Assembly: GCA_047602405.1 (NCBI GenBank)
Contig: JASGHJ010000002.1
Span: forward strand, 3,584,001-3,648,000
Origin: Anaeromyxobacteraceae bacterium
GTDB lineage: Bacteria > Myxococcota > Myxococcia > Myxococcales > Anaeromyxobacteraceae
DNA: 64,000 nucleotides
Direction: 5' to 3'
How positions within the stretch are numbered: position 1 is the first letter of the stretch; the number at the start of each line of letters is the position of its first letter. The translations under genes were made by a program, and so were the position numbers. The notes below the pieces were generated by a model that saw nothing but the letters and a program-made list of their open reading frames with translations, searched no databases and was not told the DNA's origin. Below are positions 51,198 through 61,386 of this stretch, in pieces.

Positions 51198-52376
51198 ATG
51201 GTCCCCGCCGCACGCCTTCGCGCCACCTACTTCGTCCTGTACGTCGGGGTCGGGTCCTCCATCCCGTACCTCTCGGCGTACATGCGGGGGCTGGGATTCA
51301 CGGGCGAGCAGATCGGGCTCGCGCAGATGATCCCGCCGGTGCTCGCGCCGGCGGTGGCGCTCGCGTGGGCGGCCTGGTCGGACCGCCACGGCTCGCCGAC
51401 GAACGGCCTGAAGCGCGCGGCGGTCATCGCCGCGGCGGCGGGGCTCGCGCTGCCCTTCGCGCGCACCCCGGTCGCGCTCGGGCTCGCGCTCGCGGCGGTG
51501 GCGCTCGGCGACCGTGCCATCATCCCGCTCCTCGACGCGGTCTCGCTCGAGGCGAGCCGCCGGGGCGGCCCGCCCTACGCCTCGATCCGGCTGTGGGGCT
51601 CGGTCGGCTTCTGCGTCTCCGCGCTCGCGGTCGGCCGGGCGCTGGCGGCGCGCGGCGAGCAGCCCGGCGATCCGCTCGTGCCGGCGGTGATGTCGGCGGC
51701 GTTCGTCGGGTACGCGGCGCTCCTCTGGTCGCTCCCCCGCACCGCCCCGCCGGAGCACGCCGCGCGCCCCGGACGGCGGGATCTCCTGGCGCTCGCGCGC
51801 GACCGGACCCTGCTCCTCTTCTTCCTGGCGTGCCTCGCGCACTGGACCGCCATCGGCCCGTACCACCTCTTCTTCGGCGTGCTCGTCCGGGAGCGGGGCC
51901 TCCCGTCCGACGTCACCGGCCTCGCGATGACCGCCGGCGTCGTCGCGGAGATCCTGGTGATGCTCGCCGCGCCGCGCCTGGAGCGCCGGTGCTCGCCCCG
52001 GGCGCTCCTCGCCACGGCCTTCGCGGTGAGCGCGGCGCGCTGGCTCCTCACCGCGCGCGCGACGGGCGGCACCGCGCTCGTCCTCCTGCAGCTCGGTCAC
52101 GGGCTCACCTTCGGGCTCTTCTGGGCGACCGCGATGGCGAGCCTGGGCGTCCTCGTGCCGGCCCCGCTCCGGGCGACCGGCCAGGCCATCCTGACCGCGG
52201 TGCTCGCGGCCGCGAACGCGATCGCGTTCCTCGCCGCCGGGAAGCTCTACGACCTCGCCGGCTCGGCCGCGCCACTCTTCGGGTGGGCCGCCGCGCTCGA
52301 GGTGGGCGCGGCGCTGGTGGCGCTCGGCGCCCTGGGCACGCTCGCGGGACGCCGCGCGGCCGCGCTCGCCGCGTGA
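51198..52376 (+). CDS. MFS transporter (MFS_1-like/nucleoside symporter type)
   Basis: About 12 TM helices; YASIRLWGSVGF, QLGHGLTFG. Confidence 0.85.
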   Translation: MVPAARLRATYFVLYVGVGSSIPYLSAYMRGLGFTGEQIGLAQMIPPVLAPAVALAWAAWSDRHGSPTNGLKRAAVIAAAAGLALPFARTPVALGLALAAVALGDRAIIPLLDAVSLEASRRGGPPYASIRLWGSVGFCVSALAVGRALAARGEQPGDPLVPAVMSAAFVGYAALLWSLPRTAPPEHAARPGRRDLLALARDRTLLLFFLACLAHWTAIGPYHLFFGVLVRERGLPSDVTGLAMTAGVVAEILVMLAAPRLERRCSPRALLATAFAVSAARWLLTARATGGTALVLLQLGHGLTFGLFWATAMASLGVLVPAPLRATGQAILTAVLAAANAIAFLAAGKLYDLAGSAAPLFGWAAALEVGAALVALGALGTLAGRRAAALAA

Positions 52377-52392
52377 GGTCGCGCCGCCGCGC

Positions 52393-53007
52393 TCAGCGCG
52401 CGAGGTCGCGCAGCCGCCGGGCGCCGAGCTTCGCGCGCAGCACGAGGAACAGCTCCGCGGAGGCGAGCGCGTCGGAGAGCGGGTCGTGCGCGGGGTAGTC
52501 GGGCAGCCCGTGCGCCGCGCGGGCCGCCCCGAGCTGCACCACCACGTTCTCGGCGAGCTCGGGCGCGCCGGCCGCCTCGCGGCGCGCGACCCGCTGCACG
52601 AGATCCGCCGTGTCCACGACCGGCACGCCCGGCCAGCGCAGGCCGGTGCGCCGGTACGCCTCGCGCAGGAACGCGACGTCGATGCGGGTGACGTGCACGA
52701 GGAGCGCGCCCTCCCGCATGCGCCGGTCGATTCGTGGCAGCACCGCGTCGAGCTCCGGGGCCGCGGCGAGGTCCGCCGCGACGAGCTGGTGGGCGCGGAT
52801 CGACTCCGGCCGCACGGCGCCCTGCGGGCGCACGAGGCTCTGCCAGGCCTCGCCGAGGCGGATGCGCCCGCCGCGGATGGGCAGCATGCCCACCGAGAGG
52901 ATCGGGTCGCGCAGCGGATCGAGCCCGCCGAGCTCGAGATCGAGCGCCCAGATCGGCACGGCGTCCCAGGCCGGCGAGGAGAAGAGGCCCTGCAGGGCGG
53001 CGAGCAT
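52393..53007 (-). CDS. DEDDh 3'-5' exonuclease-like protein
   Basis: ALDLELGG, DVAFL, VVDT, HDPLSDA. Confidence 0.88.
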   Translation of the reverse strand: MLAALQGLFSSPAWDAVPIWALDLELGGLDPLRDPILSVGMLPIRGGRIRLGEAWQSLVRPQGAVRPESIRAHQLVAADLAAAPELDAVLPRIDRRMREGALLVHVTRIDVAFLREAYRRTGLRWPGVPVVDTADLVQRVARREAAGAPELAENVVVQLGAARAAHGLPDYPAHDPLSDALASAELFLVLRAKLGARRLRDLAR

Positions 53008-54812
53008 CAGCCCATCCCCCCGAGCCGGAAGTGGAACTGCGCCGCCTCCTGCAGCGACCGCACGGCCCTCAGGCCGTCCTTGAGCCGCGCGCGCTCGATG
53101 GGCGTGAGGTCCGCGAGCGGGACCTGCGCCGACCCCGGCGTGCCCCGGGCCGCCGCGTCGAGCTGCCGGCGGAGGCGCAGGCCCAGGAGGAACCGGAACG
53201 CCTCCGACGCCGCCTCCGCCACGTCGCGATCGAGGAGCCCGGCCCGCGTGGCGGCCTCCAGCCGCTCGAGCGTGGCGCGCGCGGGCGAGGCCGCCTCGAG
53301 CGCGTAGCACCGCGCGAGGAACACCACCGGCGCGATGGCCTCGCGCTTCAGGTCCACCACCGACGCCTCGCCCCGCAGGCGCAGCACGAGCGCCGACGGC
53401 GGCCGGAAGTCGAGGGCGGAGCGGGCCAGGAAGCGCAGGAACGGCAGGTTGCGGCCGCCCTCCCCGAGCACCGCCTCGAGCGGCGCGAGGTCGAGCGAGC
53501 CCGCCGCGCGGCGGAAGTCCATGAAGACGCCCGACTCGAGGAGCGCCGCCGGGGTCGGCGCGTCGATCCAGGCGCGGAAGCGCTCGAGCCAGGCCGCCCG
53601 CGGCGCGCAGTGGTTCGTCGCCATGTAGCCTCCCGGGCACGGCGGGAACCCGGCGGCGGCGAGGTCCTCGACCACGCGCTCCGCGAGCGCGTGGAACCAG
53701 GCCGGCGCGCGCGCGGCGTCGTCGTAGACGAGGGCGTTGTCCTGGTCGGTGAGGAGCGTCTGCTCGGCGCGGCCCTCGGAGCCGAAGACGATCCAGGCGA
53801 ACGGCGCGGGCGGCGGGCCGAGGTCCGCCTCCGCCCAGCGCAGGATCCGGTGGAGCAAGGCGTCGTTCACCCGCGCGACGAACCCCGCGATGGTGGCCGC
53901 GTCGAGCCCGCCCGCCTGCAGCCCCGAGGCCATGTCGGCGACCGCCGCGCCGTGGCCGCCGAGCCGCTCGCGCGACGGCAGCGCCGCGACGCGCCGCAGG
54001 AGCTCCACCGGCCCTCGCGCGGAGGCGCGGAGCAGGTCGTTCGCGGTGACGACGCCCTCGATCTCGCCCGCGCGCTCGACCGGCAGGTGGTGCACGCCCG
54101 CCTCGAGCAGGATCCGGAACGCCTCGTGGACCGGCGTCTCCGCGGGCACGCTGCGGAGGGGCCGGGTCGTCACCTCCTCGACGGGCGTCTCGGGCGCGCG
54201 GCCCTCGGCGAGCACCCGGCTGCGCAGGTCGCGGTCGGTGACGATGCCCGGGGGCTCCCCGCGCACGAGCACCGACGAGATGCCCCGGTCGCGCATGAGC
54301 GCCGCCGCCTGCCAGACCGGCGTGCCCGCGTCGACCCAGGCGGGCGCGACGCGCACGAGCCGCTCGACCGGCAGCGCGAGGTCGGCGCGCGCCGGCGGGG
54401 CGGTGACCGCGAGGCTCGCCTTGAGCCGGCCCGCGGTGCCGGCCGCGAAGTGGCGCGCGAAGCGCGCGTCGGCGAGGAGCTGGCGGAAGGTCGTCGACGG
54501 GATGCGGTACGCGACGAGGTCCTCCTCGACGACGACGTCGAGGGTGGCCTTGCCGGTGAGGAGCGAGAGGAAGCCGAAGCTCTCGCCCTCCTCGAGGACG
54601 TTGAGCGGCTCGCCGCGGCGCTCGATGCGGATGGCGCCCTTCACGATGACGTAGAGGTGCTCGAAGGGCGGCCCGCCGGCGGTGACGAGCCGTGCGCCCG
54701 CCGCGTGGTAGACGGTCTCGGCGGAGCGCACCGCGGCCTCGAAGAGCGCAGGGGGCAGCTCGGAGAACGGCGCGGTCCCGCGCAGGAACTCGTTCTCGGC
54801 GCGCGCGCCCAC
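53007..54812 (-). CDS. cNMP-CBS-DUF294 putative nucleotidyltransferase (intact motif)
   Basis: GIVTDRDLR, GVHHLPV, GSEGRAEQTLLTDQDN, GFPPCPGGYMA, DLKR. Confidence 0.88.
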   Translation of the reverse strand: MGARAENEFLRGTAPFSELPPALFEAAVRSAETVYHAAGARLVTAGGPPFEHLYVIVKGAIRIERRGEPLNVLEEGESFGFLSLLTGKATLDVVVEEDLVAYRIPSTTFRQLLADARFARHFAAGTAGRLKASLAVTAPPARADLALPVERLVRVAPAWVDAGTPVWQAAALMRDRGISSVLVRGEPPGIVTDRDLRSRVLAEGRAPETPVEEVTTRPLRSVPAETPVHEAFRILLEAGVHHLPVERAGEIEGVVTANDLLRASARGPVELLRRVAALPSRERLGGHGAAVADMASGLQAGGLDAATIAGFVARVNDALLHRILRWAEADLGPPPAPFAWIVFGSEGRAEQTLLTDQDNALVYDDAARAPAWFHALAERVVEDLAAAGFPPCPGGYMATNHCAPRAAWLERFRAWIDAPTPAALLESGVFMDFRRAAGSLDLAPLEAVLGEGGRNLPFLRFLARSALDFRPPSALVLRLRGEASVVDLKREAIAPVVFLARCYALEAASPARATLERLEAATRAGLLDRDVAEAASEAFRFLLGLRLRRQLDAAARGTPGSAQVPLADLTPIERARLKDGLRAVRSLQEAAQFHFRLGGMG

Positions 54813-56569
54813 TAGCCCCGCTCCTTGCGCGCCGCGACGCGCTCCTGCCAGGCGCGGATGGCCCGGAAGGCGTCCTTCAGGTGGGCGCGGTCGCCGGCGT
54901 CGAGCGACGCGGGCTCGACCGCGCTCGAGGGCGGGCGGCCCTCGGCGAGCCGGCGCAGCACGAGCCGGAGGCGGAGCGAGCTCACGAACCGGAACGCGTC
55001 GACGACCGCGCCGCGCCGCTGGGGCGAGAGCCGCCCGGCCGACACGGCGACGTCGAGCCGCTCGAGCGTGCCGCGCGCGCGCGCGCCGGCCGCGAGCGCC
55101 TCGGCGCGGGCGAGGCGGACCACCGGCTCCAGGCCGGCCGCGTCGAGATTGACCGTGAGGTCGCCGAGCTTCGCCGGGGGCGCGTACGAGAGCGCGTCGG
55201 CGAGGAGCCCCCGCCGGAAGGTCGCGCTGCCGGCGAGCATGGCGAGCGCGTCGAGGAGCGGCGCCACGTCGAGCCCGCCCGCGGCGACGCGCAGGTCGAG
55301 CAGCGGCGCCTCGGCGCCGGGACGGCCGGCCGCCCGCGCCACCGTGTCCTTCCAGCCGTCCAGCGTCGCGACGGCCGCCGCCGCGCGGCCGCGCACCGCC
55401 GGGAAGCCCGCCGCCCAGAGATCGCGGTCGAGCGCGGCGGCGAAGCCCTGGTACCACGCGAGGTCGGCGCCCGCGGGCGCGACGACGCCGTGGTCGCGCT
55501 CGGTCACGAGCGGCTGCTCCATCCGGCCCTCGGCCCCGAGCACCACGTAGGCCCAGGGCCCCGGCGGCGGTCCGAGATCCTCCTCGGCCCAGGTCGCGAG
55601 CCGCGCGACGAGGGCGTCCCCGAGCCGCGCCACGAAGCCGCCCACCGCGACGGCGTCGAGGCCGCCCGCGAGCATCGCGTCGGCCATCTCCGCCACCCGC
55701 TCGGCGTGCCCCGGCAGCTCGGCCCGGGAGGTGAGCCGCTCGATGCCGCGCAGGAGCCCGACGGGGCCGGCGACGGTCGCGCGGAGGAGGTCGGTCGAGG
55801 TCACGAGCCCGACGATGGCGCCGTCGCGCACGAGCGGCAGGTGGTGCACGCCGGCGTCGAGGAGCGCCGCCCACGCCGCGTGGATGGGCGCCGCGACGTC
55901 GACGGTGCGGAGCGGCCGGGTGGCGATGGCGCTCACCGGGAGCGCCGCCCCGCGCCGCTCGGCGAGCACCCGGTTGCGGAAGTCGCGGTCGGTCACGATC
56001 GCGGGCGGGTCGGACGAGACGAGCACCGAGGAGATCTTCGCGTCGCGCATCGCGCGGGCGGCCTCGCCCACGCTCGCGTCCTCGCGCACCCAGACCGGCG
56101 CCCGGCGCACGAGCGCCCCCACCTCCCGCGAGAGGTCGAGCTGGAACGCGGGGGGCGCGTTGCGATTGAGGGTGCGGGAGAGGCGCTGCGAGAGGCCGGA
56201 GGCGAAGTGGGCGGCGAAGGCGCCGTCCTGCAGCAGGGCCCGGAACGCCCGCTCGGGCACGAGGTAGGCGAGGAGGTCCTCGTCCACGAGCACGTCGAAG
56301 CTCGCCTCGCCGGTGAGGAGCGAGGTGTACCCGAAGGCCTCGCCGCGCTCGAGCACCTCGACCGTGCGCCGGCCCCTGAGGATGCGGACGGCGCCCTGCC
56401 GGATCACGTGCAGCGCGGTGAGCGGCGCGTTCCCCGCCTTCACGAGCTCGGTGCCCGCCGGCCAGTACGCGACCTCGAGCGCGCTCGCCGCCTCGAGGAA
56501 GCGCTCCGGGGGGAGGGCGTCGAAGGGCGGCGTCGAGCGGAGGAACGCGACGGGGGGGAGCTCGCCCAC
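54812..56569 (-). CDS. Second cNMP-CBS-DUF294 paralogue (degenerate catalytic motif)
   Basis: Same architecture; motif reads GAEGRMEQPLVTERDH. Confidence 0.85.
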   Translation of the reverse strand: MGELPPVAFLRSTPPFDALPPERFLEAASALEVAYWPAGTELVKAGNAPLTALHVIRQGAVRILRGRRTVEVLERGEAFGYTSLLTGEASFDVLVDEDLLAYLVPERAFRALLQDGAFAAHFASGLSQRLSRTLNRNAPPAFQLDLSREVGALVRRAPVWVREDASVGEAARAMRDAKISSVLVSSDPPAIVTDRDFRNRVLAERRGAALPVSAIATRPLRTVDVAAPIHAAWAALLDAGVHHLPLVRDGAIVGLVTSTDLLRATVAGPVGLLRGIERLTSRAELPGHAERVAEMADAMLAGGLDAVAVGGFVARLGDALVARLATWAEEDLGPPPGPWAYVVLGAEGRMEQPLVTERDHGVVAPAGADLAWYQGFAAALDRDLWAAGFPAVRGRAAAAVATLDGWKDTVARAAGRPGAEAPLLDLRVAAGGLDVAPLLDALAMLAGSATFRRGLLADALSYAPPAKLGDLTVNLDAAGLEPVVRLARAEALAAGARARGTLERLDVAVSAGRLSPQRRGAVVDAFRFVSSLRLRLVLRRLAEGRPPSSAVEPASLDAGDRAHLKDAFRAIRAWQERVAARKERG

Positions 56570-56583
56570 GGAGAGCCCGCGCC

Positions 56584-58290
56584 CTAGCGGCGCGCCTCCC
56601 GCGGGTAGCGCAGCCCCGCGACGAGCGCCTGGACCGCCTCGGGGGGCGGCGGCGTCGCGAGCGAGACCGCGACGTTCACGGCGAGCGCCACGAGCATGCC
56701 GAGCGCGCCGATGCCCTCCGGCGAGATCCCGAACCACCAGGCCGCGGCGTCCGCCCGGGCGGGGTCGAGGAGGCCGAAGCGCGCGACGTAGCCGAGCGTG
56801 AGGAGCGTGCCGGAGAGCATGCCGGCGACGGCGCCCTGCCGCGTGGCCCGGCGCCAGAAGATGCCCAGCACGATGGCGGGGAAGAAGGAGGACGCCGCGA
56901 GCCCGAACGCCCAGGCGACGAGCTGCGCCACGTTGCCCGGCCCCCGCGCGGCGAGCCAGGCGCCCGCGGCCACGGTGGCGGCCGAGGCGACGCGCGCCCA
57001 CCAGAGCTCCGCCCGCTCGCTCATCCGCGGCGCGAACGTCGAGCGCACGAGGTCGTGCGCCAGGCCGGCCGCGATGACGAGCACGAGCCCGGCCGCGGTC
57101 CCCAGGGCCGCGGCGAGCGCGCCCGCCGCCACGAGGCCGATGACCCACGGCGGGAACCCCGCCATCTCCGGGTGCGCGAGGACGAGCACGTCGGGGTCGA
57201 CGTTCACCTCGTTGCGCACGGGATCGCCGGAGAGGCGCATCCGCCCGTCCCCGTCGAGGTCGGTGAACGCGACGAGGCCGGTCTTCTCCCACGCGCCCAC
57301 CCAGGCCGGCGCCTCCGCGCGCGGCCGGCCCTCCAGCGAGCCGAGGAGGTGCGCGCGCGCGAAGACCGCGACCGCGGGGGCGGTGAGGTAGAGCACCGCG
57401 ATGAAGACGAGCGCCCAGGCGGCGGTCGCGCGCGCGTCGCGGATCTTCGGCACCGTGAAGAAGCGGATCACGATGTGCGGCAGGCCGGCCGTGCCGAACA
57501 TGAGCGAGGCGGCGAGCGCCGCGACCTCGAGCAGCGGGCGCCACCCGGCGGTGTAGGGCGGGAAGCCGAGCTCGACGCCGAGGCGGTCCACCGCCGCGAC
57601 GAGGCCGTCGCCGGGGGCGGCGCGCAGGAGCGACGCGCCGGCGGCCGTGAGGGTGCCCGAGAGCCCGACCTGGGGCACCGCGCTCCCGGTGAGGAGCGAC
57701 GAGGAGAGCACCGCCGGCACGAGGAACGCGGCGATGAGGACGACGTACTGCGCGACCGCGGAGGCGGTGATGCCCTTCATGCCGCCCACGAGGACGAAGC
57801 AGAGCGTCACCACCGCGCCCCACGCGATGGCCCCGCCGATCGGCAGCTCGAGGAGGCGCGCGAGCACCACGCCGACGCCGCGGAGCTGTCCGACCACGTA
57901 GAAGAAGGAGACGAGCACCGCGCAGGCGAGCGCCACGAGCCGCGCGGAGCGGGAGTAGTACCGCTCGCCGACGAACTGCGTGACCGTGTACTTCCCGTAC
58001 TTGCGCAGGTACGGGGCGAGCAGCACGGCGAGCAGCACGTAGCCGCCGGTCCAGCCCATGATCCACGCCGCGCCGTCGCGCCCGGAGAGCGCGACCACGC
58101 CGGCCATGGAGAGGAACGAGGCGGCCGAGATCCAGTCCGTCCCGGTGGCCATGCCCTCGAGCGCCGGGCTGGTTCGCCGGCCGGCGACGTAGTAGCTCGC
58201 GCCGCTCCTCACCTTCCAGAGCACGGCGACCGCGAGGTAGAGCGCGAAGGTCGCGAGGACGAGGAGCCAGGTCCAGCCGGTGGAACCCAT
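56584..58290 (-). CDS. Sodium:solute symporter, ActP-like family
   Basis: DWISAASFLSMAG, GTAGLPHIVIRFFTV, FGLAASSFFPA. Confidence 0.9.
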   Translation of the reverse strand: MGSTGWTWLLVLATFALYLAVAVLWKVRSGASYYVAGRRTSPALEGMATGTDWISAASFLSMAGVVALSGRDGAAWIMGWTGGYVLLAVLLAPYLRKYGKYTVTQFVGERYYSRSARLVALACAVLVSFFYVVGQLRGVGVVLARLLELPIGGAIAWGAVVTLCFVLVGGMKGITASAVAQYVVLIAAFLVPAVLSSSLLTGSAVPQVGLSGTLTAAGASLLRAAPGDGLVAAVDRLGVELGFPPYTAGWRPLLEVAALAASLMFGTAGLPHIVIRFFTVPKIRDARATAAWALVFIAVLYLTAPAVAVFARAHLLGSLEGRPRAEAPAWVGAWEKTGLVAFTDLDGDGRMRLSGDPVRNEVNVDPDVLVLAHPEMAGFPPWVIGLVAAGALAAALGTAAGLVLVIAAGLAHDLVRSTFAPRMSERAELWWARVASAATVAAGAWLAARGPGNVAQLVAWAFGLAASSFFPAIVLGIFWRRATRQGAVAGMLSGTLLTLGYVARFGLLDPARADAAAWWFGISPEGIGALGMLVALAVNVAVSLATPPPPEAVQALVAGLRYPREARR

Positions 58291-58294
58291 CGCG

Positions 58295-58552
58295 TCAGTC
58301 CTCGTACACGCCGAAGGCCCGGTCGAGGGCGTTCATGAGGACCACGTAGACGGCGACGAGGAGGACGAAGAGGAGGACGGCGCCCTGGTGGCCGAACCAG
58401 AAGCCGAGCGGCATGCCGAGGAAGGAACGCCCCGAGAGGCCGTCGGCGAGGAAGAGGCCTGCCCCGAAGGAGACGGCGAGCCACGCCGCCAGGAGCACGG
58501 CGATGAAGAGCAGGTTGAGCCGCCAGTAGGCCCGCTGCCGTTCCGGGGTCAT
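58295..58552 (-). CDS. DUF4212 small membrane subunit of the SSS transporter
   Basis: AYWRLNL...WLAVSFG...PLGFWFGHQG...MNALDR. Confidence 0.88.
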   Translation of the reverse strand: MTPERQRAYWRLNLLFIAVLLAAWLAVSFGAGLFLADGLSGRSFLGMPLGFWFGHQGAVLLFVLLVAVYVVLMNALDRAFGVYED

Positions 58553-58837
58553 CGACGCCCTCCGCACCCCGTGGAACCGGGGTCGCTCGGCAAATCCTTC
58601 GCCGCATCGCGGCGAAAGCGCAGACTTTCCATTTTTCAGGAGCCTACACGAAATCCCTGTGGGGTCGAGGCACTTTGACGCTCAGAGAATGACACGGCGC
58701 GTGATCGGCGCACGCTCTGCGCACCCAGGCCCGCAACGTGTGCGCCGATCGTTGCGGTGGTTTTTTGTGTGTGCTACCGGTGATCGCTCATCACCGAGCC
58801 CGAACCCGACACCTCACCTGAGCGGAGGAGCCCCCCC

Positions 58838-60512
58838 ATGGCTTTGGCTTCAAGCCCGGCGAACCCTGGAACCGAGAGCAGCGGCATCACTCGTGACGAG
58901 GTCCGCGTCATCTTCGCGTCCTCCCTCGGCACCGTCTTCGAGTGGTACGACTTCTACCTGTACGGCTCGCTGGCCGCGATCATCGCGAAGCAGTTCTTCT
59001 CCTCCCTCTCCGAGGCGAACGCGTTCATCTTCGCGCTCCTCTCGTTCTCGGCTGGCTTCGCGGTCCGCCCGTTCGGCGCCATCGTGTTCGGGCGCATCGG
59101 CGACCTGATCGGTCGCAAGTACACCTTCCTCGTCACCATCATGATCATGGGCCTCTCGACCACGGTCGTGGGCCTGTTGCCGGGCTACGCGACCATCGGG
59201 ATCGCGGCGCCGATCATCCTCATCGCCCTGCGCCTCCTCCAGGGCCTCGCGCTCGGCGGCGAGTACGGCGGCGCGGCGACCTACGTCGCCGAGCACGCGC
59301 CGCACGGCAAGCGCGGCCTCTTCACCGCGTGGATCCAGACGACCGCGACGGTGGGCCTCTTCATCTCCCTCCTCGTCATCTACGTCTGCCGCGCGACGAT
59401 GGGCCCCAAGTTCGACGAGTGGGGCTGGCGCATCCCGTTCCTCATCTCCCTCCTCCTCCTCATGATCTCCGTCTACATCCGGCTCCAGCTGCAGGAGTCG
59501 CCGGTGTTCAAGCGGATGAAGGCGGAGGGCAAGGGCTCGAAGGCTCCGCTGACCGAGTCGTTCCTCCGGTGGGGCAACCTCAAGATCGTGCTCCTCGTCG
59601 CTCTTCGGCGGCGTCGCCGGCCAGGCGGTGGTCTGGTACACGGGCATGTTCTACGAGCTCTTCTTCCTCACGCAGACCCTCAAGGTCGACGCGCAGACCG
59701 CGAACGTGTGGGTCGTCATCGCGCTCGTCCTCGCGACGCCGTTCTTCATCCTCTTCGGCTGGCTCTCCGACAAGATCGGCCGCAAGTGGATCATCATGGC
59801 GGGCTGCCTCATCGCCGCGCTGTCCTACCACTGGATCTTCCGTGAGCTGACCCACGCGGCGAACCCGGCCATCGAGGAGGCCGCGGCGAAGAACCCGATC
59901 GTCGTGACCGCGGATCCCGCGGAGTGCAGCTTCCAGTTCGACCCGGTCGGCGGCGCGCTGAAGTTCCGCAGCTCGTGCGACGTGGCGAAGACCTGGCTCG
60001 GCAACAAGCGCATCCCCTACGTGAACGCCGCGGCCGCGGCGGGCACGACCGCCTCCGTGAAGATCGGCGAGACGGTCATCTCGTCCTTCGACGGGCGCCC
60101 GATGGCGGGCCCGGACTTCAAGGCGAAGAGCGGCGAGTTCGACAAGGCGATGGCCGGCGCGGTCGCGGCGGCGGGTTACCCCGCGAAGGCGGATCCCACG
60201 CGCTTCAACGCGCCGATGGTGATCTTCCTCCTGTGGGTCCTCGCCGTGTACGTGACCATCGTGTACGGCCCGATCGCCGCCTGGCTCGTCGAGCTCTTCC
60301 CGACGCGCATCCGCTACACGTCGATGTCGCTGCCGTACCACATCGGCAACGGCTGGTTCGGCGGCTTCCTGCCCCCGATCGCGTTCGCCATGGTGGCCGC
60401 GTCCGGCGACATCTACTACGGCCTCTGGTACCCGATCGGCGTCGCGCTCATGACCTTCGTGATCGGCTCGCTGTTCATGCCGGAAACGAAGGACCGCGAC
60501 ATCCACGCGTAG
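58838..60512 (+). CDS. MHS-family MFS metabolite:H+ symporter (apparent frameshift near 59598)
   Basis: GTVFEWYDFYLY, RPFGAIVFG, GGEYGGA, VELFPTRIRYT. Confidence 0.9.
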
Positions 60513-60547
60513 GTTCGAGCAGGACAGCGGGGCCCTGGACCCGCAAG

Positions 60548-60589
60548 CCGCCCCCGCCCGGAGAGTCCGGGCGGGGGCGGTACTCTTTT
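60548..60589 (+). terminator. Intrinsic terminator after the MFS gene
   Basis: CCGCCCCCGCCCGGA-GAG-TCCGGGCGGGGGCGG followed by TACTCTTTT. Confidence 0.75.
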
Positions 60590-60593
60590 GGGA

Positions 60594-60821
60594 GGGATCG
60601 GGATCGAGATCGAGATCGGGATCGAGATCGGGATCGGGATCGGGATCGGGATCTGGGATCGGGATCGGGATCGGGATCTGGGATCGGGATCGAGATGGGG
60701 ATCGGGATCGGGAGTCGCGATCTGTCCCACATCCCGACTCCCACATCCCGACTCCCACATCCCGACTCCCACATCCCGACTCCCACATCCCGATCCCAGG
60801 TCCCGATCCCGATCGCGATCC
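60594..60821. repeat. (GRGATC)n array, 14-mer (TCCCACATCCCGAC)x4-5 and inverted TCCCGA units
   Basis: About 19 GATC sites in 60596-60722; 14-mer copies start at 60725, 60739, 60753, 60767 and 60781. Confidence 0.9.
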
Positions 60822-60850
60822 GCCTCACGTGGATGAGGGGCTGTCTCCGG

Positions 60851-60983
60851 CCTTTCGATTGGGGGCTGCGTCTGGTGGGACGGCGCACGTTTCGCGCCGG
60901 GCCACCGCTCGTCGCGCTCGACCCTGGGCCCGTCACGAAACCTGCGCCGGGAGGTGGGGCAGACGCAGCCCCCAACCGAAAGG
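60851..60983 (+). ncRNA. Conserved structured 5' leader, copy 1 (candidate cis-regulatory RNA)
   Basis: Nested stems 60851-74/60960-83, 60882-94/60936-48 and 60898-903/60927-32; sequesters GAAAGG. Confidence 0.6.
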
Positions 60984-60992
60984 AACCTCCCG

Positions 60993-61343
60993 ATGTCTTC
61001 CTCCTCCATCTCCTGCACCCCCACCTTCCACGCCTACGCCGTCGCCATCCAGCTCGCGAGAGCCGTGCGTTCCGTCATCCCGCTCGTCGCCCGCCACGAT
61101 CCCTCGCTCGCAGACCAGCTCCGCCGTGCGGTCACCTCCGTTCCGCTGAACGTCGCCGAGGGCAACCGCCGCGCGGGTAAGGACCGCCCTCACCACTTCC
61201 GCGTCGCGCTCGGGTCGGCCTCCGAGGTCCAGGCGTGCCTCGACGTGGCCGAGGCACTCGGGTATCTCGCCTGCGAGGCCGTGCAGCCGGCCCTCGCGCC
61301 CGCGGATCGCGTGCAGCGGCTGCTCCGCGGGCTCACCCGGTGA
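60993..61343 (+). CDS. Four-helix-bundle protein (23S rRNA IVS / Avd-like family)
   Basis: LADQLRRAVTSVPLNVAEG...F.VALGSASEV...L.VA...GY. Confidence 0.88.
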   Translation: MSSSSISCTPTFHAYAVAIQLARAVRSVIPLVARHDPSLADQLRRAVTSVPLNVAEGNRRAGKDRPHHFRVALGSASEVQACLDVAEALGYLACEAVQPALAPADRVQRLLRGLTR

Positions 61344-61350
61344 GGCCGGT

Positions 61351-61379
61351 CCGGGCGGGGCCACCCCGGCCCCGCCCGG
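61351..61379. terminator. Hairpin between the convergent four-helix genes
   Basis: CCGGGCGGGGCC / GGCCCCGCCCGG 12-bp stem. Confidence 0.55.
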
Positions 61380-61386
61380 CAGGCGA

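Noticed and set aside
58588..58630. c-di-GMP-I riboswitch (GGCAAA...GAAA)
   Set aside because: Lacks the GGGACGCAAAGC junction and P3; only a simple hairpin is seen
60725..60794. 14-bp tandem repeat as a CRISPR array
   Set aside because: No unique spacers, repeats too short, no cas genes
60851..60983. Hammerhead ribozyme (GAAAC present)
   Set aside because: No CUGANGA core; GAAAC is paired with GTTTC in a stem
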